Source: a bacterium
Lineage (GTDB): Bacteria; Bacillota_I; Bacilli_A; RFN20; DUOZ01
NCBI GenBank assembly: GCA_012838555.1
Contig: DUOZ01000100.1
Coordinates: 1 to 35,604, forward strand
Direction: 5' to 3'
DNA: 35,604 bases
The position numbers and the translations under genes were made by a program. The notes below the pieces were generated by a model that had not been told where the DNA came from, did no database searches, and saw only the letters and a list, made by a program, of their open reading frames with translations. This document shows positions 1 to 10,514 of the stretch, piece by piece; position 1 is the stretch's first letter, and every line of letters starts with the position of its first letter.

Positions 1-883
1 TACCGCCACCAATAGCAACATTTAATAAGAAGTGAAATTCTTGATCAAACGGCCAAGCTTCATAAGGTTCTATAGAAGGCTTATAAAGTTCAGCAGCTGT
101 TAATTTATAGTATGGATAATCATCAAATAACCAAGTGATTGATCCAGGTTCCCAAATTATAGAATAAACATGGAAATCATCAACTAAGTTTGTTCCACCT
201 GGATGATATTTATCATATTTAATATAACCTGAACCTTTTTGTGTACCAATACTATGATGATAAGCTTTTGTATGGATTGTGCCCATGTAATGATTTAATG
301 CATAAGTAGCAGAATGCTCCATAATATCAATTTCGCCACTTCTAGGCCATCCACCATACACTCCCTTAGTTGGCATCATCCAAATCGCAGGCCAAGAACC
401 TTTAGTTCTAGGTAATTTAGCCCTGATATCAAATCTTCCATATTTAAAGTCTGCTTTACCTGAGGTATTAATTCTACTAGAAGTATATTCCTTACCACCA
501 TATTTTTCTTTTCTAGCAATAATATGTAAGAAGCCGTCTTTTACTTCAACATTTTCGCCTTTAGTATAATATTGGTGTTCTCCATTACCCCAGCCATTTC
601 CTCCGACTTGATAATTCCAAATTGATTCATCTGGTTTACCTTCATAGTTAAACTCTTCACACCATGTCGGAACCCAACCATCAACTATTTCTTTATTTTC
701 GCAACCTTCAAAGACCTTAGGTGCATCATCTGGTTCTACTTCTAAAGAAATACTATCAATATTAGATACTACTGAGGAAGGTTTTTCACTAGAAACCGAA
801 CTACTTACTTCTAAATCCTCACATGATATTATTGAAGTAGAAATTATCGCACTTATAAACAATAATGATATTATCTTCTTCAT
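1..883 (-). CDS. GH16 beta-1,3-glucanase (laminarinase-like) lipoprotein, 3' end runs off the window
   Basis: Absent from the ORF track; translated by hand from ATG 883 (RBS GGAGGGG 896-890). MKKIISLLFISAIISTSIISC signal/lipobox, Ser-rich linker, then WCEEFNY, GWGNGEHQYY, KYGRFDIRAKLP, WPAIWMMP, catalytic EIDIME (334-317) and FHFLLNVAIGGG at the edge. Confidence 0.93.
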   Translation of the reverse strand, partial: MKKIISLLFISAIISTSIISCEDLEVSSSVSSEKPSSVVSNIDSISLEVEPDDAPKVFEGCENKEIVDGWVPTWCEEFNYEGKPDESIWNYQVGGNGWGNGEHQYYTKGENVEVKDGFLHIIARKEKYGGKEYTSSRINTSGKADFKYGRFDIRAKLPRTKGSWPAIWMMPTKGVYGGWPRSGEIDIMEHSATYALNHYMGTIHTKAYHHSIGTQKGSGYIKYDKYHPGGTNLVDDFHVYSIIWEPGSITWLFDDYPYYKLTAAELYKPSIEPYEAWPFDQEFHFLLNVAIGGG

Positions 884-895
884 CTTTGTCCCCTC

Positions 896-909
896 CTAAA
901 ACGCTTTCA
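896..909. promoter_or_regulatory. second LacI-family/cre-like operator over the GH16 transcription start
   Basis: minus strand TGAAAGCGTTTTAG between the -10 and the RBS. Confidence 0.55.
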
Positions 910-937
910 TTATAGCAAATTGTAAGCGCTTTGTAAA
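909..937 (-). promoter_or_regulatory. SigA-type promoter of the GH16 gene
   Basis: TTTACA (937-932), 17 nt spacer, TATAAT (914-909) with extended -10 TG. Confidence 0.75.
921..934. promoter_or_regulatory. LacI-family/cre-like operator in the GH16 promoter spacer
   Basis: TGTAAGCGCTTTGT, a CG-centred pseudo-palindrome resembling the cre consensus TGWAANCGNTNWCA. Confidence 0.65.
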
Positions 938-940
938 GTT

Positions 941-966
941 AAGAAAAAAAGGCACAAGGCCTTTTA
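941..966 (-). terminator. intrinsic terminator ending the ecf-truA-ABC operon
   Basis: minus strand AAAGGC-CTTGT-GCCTTT followed by a T run, starting at the stop codon of 964..3375. Confidence 0.7.
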
Positions 967-3375
967 AATATCATATTTTGTTAAGATTTGTGATGGTGTT
1001 TTTCTTAAAAGTAGGATGACTGGTAATAGTCCAAAGAAGAGATAAAATGCATATATCGCTAATAGCCCTAAGGCAACATTATACCAAGGGAATAAAAGGA
1101 CACTTCCAAAACTTACCATTAAACTATTTACATAATCAATAAAGTAAACGACTAAACCATATCCAATCGCGGTTGTAAAGGTTGTTAAGATTAAAATTTC
1201 TAACACAAAGAGATTGATAACCTTAATTCTACTAGCACCTAAAGCGCGATAAACACCAATATCATAAATACGATGAATAACTTTTGAACGCATCATAAAG
1301 AAGACAAAGATTAATAAGGCTGATGCTAAAACTAAAGAAGAAATAATCGGAGCCATTAGATATTGAATTCTTTGTTTAGAATATTCACTCATATCTTCCT
1401 TATTTGGATCATTAGCAGTATAACCTAAGTTTTCTAAATGCTCTATTGATTTTGTTTTATCATTACTTATAAAATATAAATTATATCCTACAAAGTAATC
1501 TTGTAATAATTTCTCACCATCTTCAATTGAAATTAAATTATATGCATAATATTTAGTATGACAAACACCAACAATTGTAAATGTTTTACCTAGAGAAACG
1601 CCATTAATTGAAGTAAGTTCTTGACCAATTTCATACCCAAATACCTCATGAACAACAATTTCTCCACTTTCAGATGGTAATCTTCCTTTAACTAATACAA
1701 CTTCAGAATCTGATTCATCTGTAGCAATTCTAAAAACTGGTAATTGAGAAGAAACTTTAAAAGCACTATTTAAGTATGTTGGATAATCAACAAATAAGAG
1801 ATAGGCATCCCTGTTAATAATACCGCTTATAGTAAATGTATCCAGATTATTCCGCATTGATAAAGTTCTACCTACAAAATCTTTACAAGAAAAGGAACCA
1901 CCAACAGTTGTTTGGGCATGCTTAGTTAAATCATCACAGACCCATTTACTTAAAGCAATTTCTTTATTACCACTAGGTAAAGCACCATATATTAAATCTT
2001 TTTCACTTACAATATTCGTTGGCATCATCTTAACATCATTAAAAACAACACTTCTATTTCTTGTTTGAAAGTTAATACTTACATCAACATTAAAGCTAAA
2101 ACTATTATTTAGATAAGCTACATACTCAATTGATTCATCACTTAAAATTTCCTCAAAATTTACATCTAATACTTCTTCTTTACTTGAAATCCCAACTAAA
2201 GTTGAGTCATGTCTTTTATAAGCTTTTTCATCTAAAGTATAAGCATTAGATATAGTCGCCGCAGTATAGGCAATAAACATACCAACAATCATAAAAGCTA
2301 AATACATTAATTTATATCTGAATTTAACAAAATAGAAATTAGAAAAGGCAACTTTAAAATCGTCCCACATCTTTCTAAAATCAAATTTTCTTCCTCTTAT
2401 ATCTTTAAAGAATGAGTTATCATAATCAAATTTATCAACATCAGTTAATTCAAGTTTCTTAAAGTGTTCATCTTTAAGTGTTACCTCACTATTTGATGTT
2501 AAATATTTGACTTTAAAATTAGATTTAACATCAACAATTAAAGAACCATTTTTATAAACAACTTTAATTTCAGGTTTATCCTTAACATCTTCATCATAGT
2601 AAAGTTTTAATGAATATGCTTCTTCTTCAAATTCTTTTTGATTTAAATCTTTCAAGTAAATAACTTTTCCATCATCATGATGATAAGAACTACTTGAAGT
2701 ATTAATTTCATCACTAACAACTTTACCATCTTTTAATTCAATAATCCGATCAGCATAAAAATTAGCTAATTCCCTATCATGTGTAACTAAAATAACTAAA
2801 CAAGTCTTACTAACCTTTTTAATAATGTTCATAACTTCAATCGTATTACTACTATCAAGGTTACCTGTTGGTTCATCTGCAATAATTACTTTTGCTTTCT
2901 TAACTAAAGCTCGAGCAATTGCCACACGTTGTTGTTGACCACCTGATAAAGCCGAAGCCCTTCTTCTTTTATAATTAATCATATTAACTGCATTTAAGCA
3001 GTAATTAATTCTTTTTTCAACTTCATCTTTATCATAAATATTTGCCAAAGATAACGCAAATTTAAGATTATCATAAACAGTCATCTCTGGGAAAAGTAAA
3101 TAGTTTTGGAAAATATAACCCATATTATTACGACGATATTTATCGATTTTATACATTTTGTAATTTTTAATTCTTAAATCGTCATAATAAATTTCACCTT
3201 TAGCCTTATCTAAACCACCGATAACATTTAAAAGTGTGGTTTTACCACTACCAGAGGCACCAAGTAAACAAACTAAACCCGTAGATGGAAATTCAAGTGT
3301 TGTATTGTTAATTACATGAATTTCATTAGCTTTACGACGATTAAAATATTTATTAATTTTGTTTAACCTAATCAT
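964..3375 (-). CDS. MacB/FtsX-type ABC transporter, fused ATPase-permease
   Basis: Walker A GASGSGKT, LSGGQQQRVAIARAL, ADEPTGNLD; one TM, large extracellular region, then C-terminal FtsX TMs with DIGVYRALGAS. ATG 3375 is preferred over GTG 3384 because of RBS AGGGGTGA. Confidence 0.9.
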   Translation of the reverse strand: MIRLNKINKYFNRRKANEIHVINNTTLEFPSTGLVCLLGASGSGKTTLLNVIGGLDKAKGEIYYDDLRIKNYKMYKIDKYRRNNMGYIFQNYLLFPEMTVYDNLKFALSLANIYDKDEVEKRINYCLNAVNMINYKRRRASALSGGQQQRVAIARALVKKAKVIIADEPTGNLDSSNTIEVMNIIKKVSKTCLVILVTHDRELANFYADRIIELKDGKVVSDEINTSSSSYHHDDGKVIYLKDLNQKEFEEEAYSLKLYYDEDVKDKPEIKVVYKNGSLIVDVKSNFKVKYLTSNSEVTLKDEHFKKLELTDVDKFDYDNSFFKDIRGRKFDFRKMWDDFKVAFSNFYFVKFRYKLMYLAFMIVGMFIAYTAATISNAYTLDEKAYKRHDSTLVGISSKEEVLDVNFEEILSDESIEYVAYLNNSFSFNVDVSINFQTRNRSVVFNDVKMMPTNIVSEKDLIYGALPSGNKEIALSKWVCDDLTKHAQTTVGGSFSCKDFVGRTLSMRNNLDTFTISGIINRDAYLLFVDYPTYLNSAFKVSSQLPVFRIATDESDSEVVLVKGRLPSESGEIVVHEVFGYEIGQELTSINGVSLGKTFTIVGVCHTKYYAYNLISIEDGEKLLQDYFVGYNLYFISNDKTKSIEHLENLGYTANDPNKEDMSEYSKQRIQYLMAPIISSLVLASALLIFVFFMMRSKVIHRIYDIGVYRALGASRIKVINLFVLEILILTTFTTAIGYGLVVYFIDYVNSLMVSFGSVLLFPWYNVALGLLAIYAFYLFFGLLPVILLLRKTPSQILTKYDI

Positions 3376-3386
3376 GACATTCACCC

Positions 3387-5525
3387 CTAGCTTCTTCTAA
3401 TGACCACATTAACGACACTTTCAAACATCTTGCGTGAGAATCTAACACTAAGCATAAAGGCTAAGATAACAATAATAATTAGTAAAATCAACATCGATCC
3501 ATAATCTCTATATTTAATGATGTTCATAACACCAAGGGAATAATATTGATTTATAATAATAACACCGACAAAGGTTGTAATATATGCTATGATTCCTAAT
3601 GTTATATTTTCTATTGAAACAATCGAATTTAAGTTCTTCCTGTTAGCACCTAAAATCCTTAAGATTGAATAGTCACGTTTTTTACTATTCATAACTAAAT
3701 GTAAAATCATATAGGTAACAAAATACAAGAAGACAATACCGAGGCCAGCAACAAAGGTTTTCATTATAGTTTCTATTAACATCATTAAACCATCAAAGCC
3801 ATATGAAGGGAAATCACTAACATCAATTACACGATATCCTTTATTTCTTAATTGACTCATTAAAGATCCCTTTATAAAAGAATCATCTAGAATAACAGAA
3901 ATTTGATATACTTCATTATCAATAAGATTAAAGAAAGTATTTTCGTTCATAAATATAAAATTAGTGTAATTATCTGGTTCACGTATAATTTCAATTGTCA
4001 CATCAGTTATTTCTTTTTCTCCATATATAGATGTTAAATAAACTTTAATATCTTCATCGTTAAACTCTAATTCACTTATTTGAGCTCCTAATGAAAGTCT
4101 AATAACTCCATCTTCATAACTAGGTGCAAAAGCAAAACTTATTCGCTCTAAATAACTATTTTCTTCTAATTCATCAATGCCTTTTAAAGAAAAATCAAAG
4201 TATGATTGACCTTGTTCAATAATTTTTTGTTTTCTTAGTAAGTCACTCGCATAGATTGTGCCACTACCATAGTAATTACTTTGATAATTCTTATCCGTTA
4301 TACCTACGATTTCAAATTCATATTTTTTATCATAAAAACTTTGATTAATCTTTTTACCTAATAATTTATCATTAGTAACAACTACCTCTAAATCATTTTC
4401 AGGCATACGACCTTGAATTATGTCTGCTTCTTTTAATTGATTAATACTTTGAAGAATCAAAGTATAAGACTCCCAATTATCATCATCATAGAAATAAATT
4501 GCCGAATCTAAATAAAAATCATTTTTATGAACATAATTTACTCCACTAATCTTACTTATATCTTCTATTTCTTGTTCACTAAATGGTGAATAATCCGGTT
4601 TATTAAGGATTAACCTGCGATTATCTGTAAAAGTATAAGTATACGAATAGCGATAATTAGTTGGTTGAGCTAAAAAAGTACTATCATAAATTCCAACGAT
4701 AGTAAAAGTTATTGCAATATAAACTAATAAAGAAAATATTGTTCTTTTTGGTGTCATTACTAAATTTCTTAAACCAAATAATAAATTTGTTAAAAAACGA
4801 GGTTGATTATTAACTAACTCTGTTTTATCTTCAGCATCAGGCTTTTTAGGTTTTAAATTAACATCTTCAACTATTTCACCATCAAATAAGCGTACCTTTC
4901 TAGTTGCATACGGCTCTACTAAAGAATAATCATGAGTTACTACTACAACTAATCTACCAGGAGCAACTTCATTAATTAAAGACATAATTTGCTCACTATT
5001 TTCACTATCTAAATTACCAGTTGGTTCATCACACACTAGGATTTTTGAATCACTAGCAATAGCTCGTGCAATAACTACTCTTTGTTTTTCGCCACCACTT
5101 AACTTAGCAGCTCTTGATCTTTTACGATTACTTAAACCAACACGTTCAATAATTTCTAAAGCTCTTTTACGAGCATCTTTTTTACTAACACCTCTTAAAA
5201 GTAAGACCGTTTCAACGTTTTGTAAAACACTATAACTTTCAATTAAATTATAATTTTGAAAGACAAACCCGATATTATTCTTTCGATAATCTTCCCAATC
5301 ACTCATCGAATAATAAGAAGTTTCTTGATTAGAAAAATACATTTCGCCTTCTTCGTAGGAATCAATCCCTGAGATAACGTTTAAAAGAGTCGTCTTCCCA
5401 CTTCCTGATTCACCAACTATGGCAACAAATTCATTTTTTTCAAACTTAATATTGATATTCCGTAAACCAAGTGCAACATTTCCTTCACTTGAATAGTATT
5501 TCGACACATTAACTAATTTCAACAT
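3387..5525 (-). CDS. MacB/FtsX-type ABC transporter, fused ATPase-permease
   Basis: GESGSGKT, LSGGEKQRVVIARA, CDEPTGNLD; C-terminal DYSILRILGAN FtsX motif. Confidence 0.9.
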   Translation of the reverse strand: MLKLVNVSKYYSSEGNVALGLRNINIKFEKNEFVAIVGESGSGKTTLLNVISGIDSYEEGEMYFSNQETSYYSMSDWEDYRKNNIGFVFQNYNLIESYSVLQNVETVLLLRGVSKKDARKRALEIIERVGLSNRKRSRAAKLSGGEKQRVVIARAIASDSKILVCDEPTGNLDSENSEQIMSLINEVAPGRLVVVVTHDYSLVEPYATRKVRLFDGEIVEDVNLKPKKPDAEDKTELVNNQPRFLTNLLFGLRNLVMTPKRTIFSLLVYIAITFTIVGIYDSTFLAQPTNYRYSYTYTFTDNRRLILNKPDYSPFSEQEIEDISKISGVNYVHKNDFYLDSAIYFYDDDNWESYTLILQSINQLKEADIIQGRMPENDLEVVVTNDKLLGKKINQSFYDKKYEFEIVGITDKNYQSNYYGSGTIYASDLLRKQKIIEQGQSYFDFSLKGIDELEENSYLERISFAFAPSYEDGVIRLSLGAQISELEFNDEDIKVYLTSIYGEKEITDVTIEIIREPDNYTNFIFMNENTFFNLIDNEVYQISVILDDSFIKGSLMSQLRNKGYRVIDVSDFPSYGFDGLMMLIETIMKTFVAGLGIVFLYFVTYMILHLVMNSKKRDYSILRILGANRKNLNSIVSIENITLGIIAYITTFVGVIIINQYYSLGVMNIIKYRDYGSMLILLIIIVILAFMLSVRFSRKMFESVVNVVIRRS

Positions 5526-7293
5526 TGATTTTCTCTCCCATCATTTCTTGAAGTTTGTGAGCATCATACATTTTCTTATACTTACCATTTAACTCTAATA
5601 ATTCTTGATGTGTTCCTTGTTCTACAATTTTACCTTCTTCAAGCATATAAATACAATCCGAATGTTCGATTGTTGATAAACGATGTGCAATCATAATAAA
5701 TGTAGTATCTTTTAAATAATTTCTAATTCCATTAATAACTTTTAACTCAGTATTATTATCTAATGCACTTGTTGCTTCATCAAAAAGGATTAATGAAGGA
5801 TTACGTAAGATAATTCTTGCAATACCTATTCTTTGTCTTTCTCCACCAGATAACTTAACTCCATTTTCTCCAACTAAAGTATCTAAACCTTCTTTATTCT
5901 TAGCAATAATTTCATCAACACAAGCTATTTTAATCGCTAAATTTAATTGTTCTTCACTAGCTTTTGGAGCCGCAAACATAATATTTTCCCTAATTGTAGC
6001 ATTAAACAAGAACGTATCTTGGAAAACATAACCAATATGTTGTCTTAAAGATAGTTTATACTTTTCATCCATTGGATAACCAAAAACTTCAATTTTGCCT
6101 TCATCAACTAAATATAAACCTTCAAGCACTTTTAAAATCGTTGTCTTACCACAGCCTGTTGGACCAACAAAGGCATGAGTTTCTCCTTTTTTAACTGTAA
6201 ATGAAATATCATCAATAACTACTTTATCTTTAACATAAGAGAAAGTTACATTTTCAAATTTAACAACTGTATCTGATTCATCTATATCAAGTTTTTCTTT
6301 TTTAGCTAAGTAAGCTTTATCAATATCATATCCCATGATAGTATTAAGTCTACCTAAAGAAACACTGACATTTTGCATTTCTAAAAACATTCCAACAAAG
6401 TTAGATATTGGCGCAGCTAGTAAATCATTATACATTAATATCGCACTGACTCCACCTATACTTACCATGCCTTTTACAACCATGATACCTCCAAATGATA
6501 ACATTGTCGTTATTATCAAAACAAAGAAGAAGGTATTCATGAAGTTAACTTGAACATGATATTTTTGTGTTTTTTTATGATTATCAATAACTAGATAACT
6601 CGTTTCAATAACTTGTTCATATTTTGTTTCTTCTTGACTTGCAGCATGGATATCTCTCATCCCTTTAATATTTTCTTGATATTTTCGCCACATTCTTGAA
6701 TTACGTCTACGATTTTCTCTAGCAAAGCGCCAAAACTTAGTTCCTGATAATCTTGTAATAATTCCACTAGTAATCGCTAGAGGTAAAATAATTAAAGTTA
6801 ATCTAATATCAATTTGTGACATAAAATAAAAACCAAAAGCAAAACTAAAAATTGATCTTGTTAAATATGTTATAGGTACCATAAAACCTCTAATTGCAAT
6901 TGAACTATCTTGAATTAACCTATTTAATAATTCACTCGAGTCATTTTCATCAAAAAAGTTTTGAGGGACACTACTTAAATGCCAATAAACCTCACATCTA
7001 ACATCATGAGCTAGTTTTTCTTGTAATGTTGAATTATAATAATGCGAGAAATTATGAAATAAACTTTGCAAAACTTGCAAAATAAAATAAGTAATTGCTA
7101 AAGTTATAATCTTTTCAATCCCTGCATCAGCATCAAGTCGTCCTTCAAAAGCAGCAACACTTGTATCAATAACTTCTTTAAGCATATTAAGTGGATAAGT
7201 GCTTAAAAATGAAGTAATAATAATTAAAACAACAATTATAATCGCTTTAGGCCAATTCTTTTTTAATAATTTCCAAATCGTGATTTTCCCCAC
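5509..7293 (-). CDS. ABC exporter, fused TMD-NBD (MsbA/Sav1866-like)
   Basis: N-terminal multi-TM domain; GPTGCGKT, LSGGERQRIGIAR, FDEATSALD, IAHRLST; GTG start overlaps the upstream TAG. Confidence 0.92.
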   Translation of the reverse strand: MGKITIWKLLKKNWPKAIIIVVLIIITSFLSTYPLNMLKEVIDTSVAAFEGRLDADAGIEKIITLAITYFILQVLQSLFHNFSHYYNSTLQEKLAHDVRCEVYWHLSSVPQNFFDENDSSELLNRLIQDSSIAIRGFMVPITYLTRSIFSFAFGFYFMSQIDIRLTLIILPLAITSGIITRLSGTKFWRFARENRRRNSRMWRKYQENIKGMRDIHAASQEETKYEQVIETSYLVIDNHKKTQKYHVQVNFMNTFFFVLIITTMLSFGGIMVVKGMVSIGGVSAILMYNDLLAAPISNFVGMFLEMQNVSVSLGRLNTIMGYDIDKAYLAKKEKLDIDESDTVVKFENVTFSYVKDKVVIDDISFTVKKGETHAFVGPTGCGKTTILKVLEGLYLVDEGKIEVFGYPMDEKYKLSLRQHIGYVFQDTFLFNATIRENIMFAAPKASEEQLNLAIKIACVDEIIAKNKEGLDTLVGENGVKLSGGERQRIGIARIILRNPSLILFDEATSALDNNTELKVINGIRNYLKDTTFIMIAHRLSTIEHSDCIYMLEEGKIVEQGTHQELLELNGKYKKMYDAHKLQEMMGEKINVEIS

Positions 7294-8087
7294 TATTTCA
7301 CCTTCTTTAACTTAACATTCTTTTCAATATCGATATTCCAATTCTTAACTAAATTATAAGCATAAATACGATTTACCGGATGAAAGTAATCAAAAGGCGA
7401 ATGGGCATCAATTCCCATCACAAACTTATTTTTATGTCTTTTAGCTATTTCAAAAAACTCTCTAACTGGATATTGGTAACGATATTCTTTATCAATTAAG
7501 CGTTGACCCCTTCTCATTCCGCCTTGATTCACTTCTAAATAAACATCATTTTCAAAAGCACTCTTACAAATACGGTGAGCTAATTTAACTCCATCTTCAT
7601 CTAATCCCTTTTCAGTCAAAAACAAATCAGGATGAACTAATATTGAAAAAAGACCTGTCTTTAAGCCTTTTTCAATTAAACTTACATATTTTTCGGTACT
7701 TATTTTACTAGAAGCGATATAACCTTCCATTTTATTATCTTCATATGAAATATAATGTTGACCTAAAATTAAATAATCAACTTTACCACTCATTAATAAA
7801 TCACGGTAATAATCTTCTAACTCTTCAAAATACTCACATTCAAAACCGATTAAAACTTCAATTTTATCTTTATATTTATCTTTTAAATGATTTAAAGAAT
7901 ACAAATAATTCTCTAATTCATCATAATTTCCTCTAATACCTTCTTGAGTCATATTAGGAATAAAAACATGATCAGAAAAACCAATAATCTTGTGATTATT
8001 TTCTATTGCTGCGATAACATAATCTTCATCTTCACCAACAGCATGACCACATCTTTTCGTATGAGTGTGATAATTATAAGTAATCAT
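7293..8087 (-). CDS. PHP-domain phosphatase (histidinol-phosphatase HisJ-like family)
   Basis: YHTHT..CGHA, FSDH, GFECEY, LGQH, HPD and GIDAH metal-binding motifs. Confidence 0.85.
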   Translation of the reverse strand: MITYNYHTHTKRCGHAVGEDEDYVIAAIENNHKIIGFSDHVFIPNMTQEGIRGNYDELENYLYSLNHLKDKYKDKIEVLIGFECEYFEELEDYYRDLLMSGKVDYLILGQHYISYEDNKMEGYIASSKISTEKYVSLIEKGLKTGLFSILVHPDLFLTEKGLDEDGVKLAHRICKSAFENDVYLEVNQGGMRRGQRLIDKEYRYQYPVREFFEIAKRHKNKFVMGIDAHSPFDYFHPVNRIYAYNLVKNWNIDIEKNVKLKKVK

Positions 8088-8824
8088 TAATACATAACCT
8101 CCACTAAATATAGGCCTTCTGCAGGTGCTTTATAAGGACATGGTTTATCTTCTTTTTTATCTAGTCTTGTTGTAATTTCTTCAAGACTAATCTTATTTTC
8201 GCCTATATGAATTAAAGTACCTACCATCATTCTAACCATATAACGAAGAAAGCCACTTCCTATTATATCAAAAATTACGATATCGTTTTCCACTTTTATC
8301 GAAAATTCATTAATAAACCTAACAAAACTAGTTACTTCACTATCTTTAGTCGAAGTAAAATTCCTAAAATCATGTTCACCAACAAAAAGACAAGCTGCTT
8401 CTTTCATCTTGTTTATATCTAACCTTTTACCATATTGATAAATGTAATTAACTTTTAAAGGATTATATTCACCCATATTTAAATAATAGCGATAATGCTT
8501 CTTTTTAGCATCAAATCTAGCATGAAATGATGAATCAACCTTGTAAACGTCTTTTACATAAATATCCTTAGGTAAATTACTATTTAATGCTTTTTTATAA
8601 TTTTCAGGTTCAATCTCAAAAATCGAATCAAAATGAATAACTTGATTTAAAGCATGAACGCCAGCATCAGTTCTTCCAGAAGCATATACTTTTATTTCTT
8701 GTTTATTGATTTTTGATAAGGCAATTTGTAATTCCTCTTGAACTGTTCGACCATTATTTTGAATTTGATATCCCACAAAGTTAGAACCATCATAACTAAA
8801 AATAACTTTGTATCTTAACGCCAT
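8087..8824 (-). CDS. truA: tRNA pseudouridine(38-40) synthase
   Basis: SYDGSNFVGYQIQ, catalytic SGRTDAGVHA, FHARFDA, GFLRYMVR, APAEGLYL; follows ecfT as in other Firmicutes. Confidence 0.96.
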   Translation of the reverse strand: MALRYKVIFSYDGSNFVGYQIQNNGRTVQEELQIALSKINKQEIKVYASGRTDAGVHALNQVIHFDSIFEIEPENYKKALNSNLPKDIYVKDVYKVDSSFHARFDAKKKHYRYYLNMGEYNPLKVNYIYQYGKRLDINKMKEAACLFVGEHDFRNFTSTKDSEVTSFVRFINEFSIKVENDIVIFDIIGSGFLRYMVRMMVGTLIHIGENKISLEEITTRLDKKEDKPCPYKAPAEGLYLVEVMY

Positions 8825-9654
8825 AAGTCAATCCCTAACAGGCTTTCAATCATTTCTTTATTAAAACTTAGATAGACAAAACCTGCGGTAATTACAACAA
8901 TAAGAGATAAAGATAACCAATCACTAGATGTAAATTTTAAAACACGATATCTAGTTCTTTTCGCTGATGGGTCATAACCTCTAGCCTCCATAGCATCTGC
9001 AAGTTCATCAGATCTTTTAAAAGCCGAGAAAAATAAGGGGATAATCAGTGAAATAATCGCTGGGATTTTATCTTTTAATTTACCCTCACTTAAGATTGAA
9101 CCTCTACTAGCTTGAGCTTTCATGATTCGTTCGGTTTCATCTAAAAGTGTCGGAATAAATCTTAATGCAATTGAAATAATCATCGCTATTTCATGCGTTG
9201 GAAATTTAATAATTTTTAAAGGTGTCATTAAATATTCTAAACCATAAGTCATATCTAAAGGTTTAGTCGATGTCGTTAAAATCGTTGTGATTGTAATCAT
9301 AATAACTAATCTAATAATAATATATAAAGTTTGATAGATGCCACTATCATAAATTTTAAAGAATTCTAAATCTAATAAAACATTTCCTCTTTGAAATGAT
9401 AAGATATTAATAATAAATAAAAACAAAAACATGAACCACATATTTTTAATTAATCTAAATAAAGTTCTAAAGCTAACTTTAGTTACTTTAAGTAAAATTA
9501 ATAAGAAAATCCCTAAAATAAAATAACCTAAAAAACCAATTTCCATAAAGACAATTACTAATAAGAAAATCATAGCTAAAATTTTAGTTCGAGGGTCTAA
9601 ACGGTGGATAAACGTATCATTAGGAATGTATCTTCCTAAAGAAAGATTCTTCAT
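8815..9654 (-). CDS. ecfT: ECF transporter transmembrane component T
   Basis: IHRLDPRTKI, ALRFIPTL, and the AQASRG and AMEARGY coupling motifs. Confidence 0.95.
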   Translation of the reverse strand: MKNLSLGRYIPNDTFIHRLDPRTKILAMIFLLVIVFMEIGFLGYFILGIFLLILLKVTKVSFRTLFRLIKNMWFMFLFLFIINILSFQRGNVLLDLEFFKIYDSGIYQTLYIIIRLVIMITITTILTTSTKPLDMTYGLEYLMTPLKIIKFPTHEIAMIISIALRFIPTLLDETERIMKAQASRGSILSEGKLKDKIPAIISLIIPLFFSAFKRSDELADAMEARGYDPSAKRTRYRVLKFTSSDWLSLSLIVVITAGFVYLSFNKEMIESLLGIDLWR

Positions 9655-10514
9655 GATTGTTTACCCCCTTTATTTAAGGCAATTTCATCAGCTAAGGTTT
9701 TAACATCCTTAACTTTACCTAAATCAATATCTAAACCTTTTTCAATTAATTTATTCGCAAATGAAAAGACAGTTGGTAATTCTAAATTTAATTCTTTACA
9801 CAACTTAGTATTCTTAAAAATATTAAGCGGTGTATCATAGGCCTTAAGCATGCCTTCACTCATAACAATGACTAATTCACTATATCTTAAAACATAATCC
9901 ATATCATGAGTTACTAAAATAACCGTTATACCTTGTTTATTTAATCTTGAAAATAAATCCATCATTTCTCTAGCTCCACGAGGATCTAATCCTGCGGTAG
10001 GTTCATCTAAAATTAAAACTGATGGTTTCATTGCTAAAATACCCGCGATTGCCACTCTTCTTCTTTGACCTCCAGAAAGTTCAAATGGAGACCGACTTAA
10101 TAACTCTTCATCAATTCCAACAAGTTTTGCAGCATCTTTGACTAAAACATCAATTTCTTCACTTGTTTTACCAAAGTTTTTCGGACCAAAAGCAATATCT
10201 TTATAACAAGTTTCTTCAAAAAGCTGATATTCAGGGAATTGAAAGACAAGTCCAACTTTTGATCTTAATTTTTTAATTTGTTTTAATTTAGAATTAGGAA
10301 AAATTTTGTAATCTTCAACAAATACAGTTCCACTAGTAGGTAATAATAAAGCATTAATATGTTGAACTAAGGTTGATTTACCACTTCCTGTATGACCAAT
10401 AATCGCAGTAAAACTACCTTCTTTAATTTCACAATTTACATCTTTTAAAGCTTCAGTCTTAAATACCGTATTGGGTAAATAAGTGTAACTAACATTTTCA
10501 AACTTTATTGGCAT
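9651..10514 (-). CDS. ecfA2: ECF transporter ATPase A2
   Basis: GHTGSGKST, VFQFPEYQLFEET, SPFELSGGQRRRVAIAG, DEPTAGLDP. Confidence 0.95.
   Translation of the reverse strand: MPIKFENVSYTYLPNTVFKTEALKDVNCEIKEGSFTAIIGHTGSGKSTLVQHINALLLPTSGTVFVEDYKIFPNSKLKQIKKLRSKVGLVFQFPEYQLFEETCYKDIAFGPKNFGKTSEEIDVLVKDAAKLVGIDEELLSRSPFELSGGQRRRVAIAGILAMKPSVLILDEPTAGLDPRGAREMMDLFSRLNKQGITVILVTHDMDYVLRYSELVIVMSEGMLKAYDTPLNIFKNTKLCKELNLELPTVFSFANKLIEKGLDIDLGKVKDVKTLADEIALNKGGKQS

Noticed and set aside
6335-7936. plus-strand ORFs 6335..6553 and 7745..7936
   Set aside because: Short antisense shadows of well-supported genes, with no recognisable motifs.
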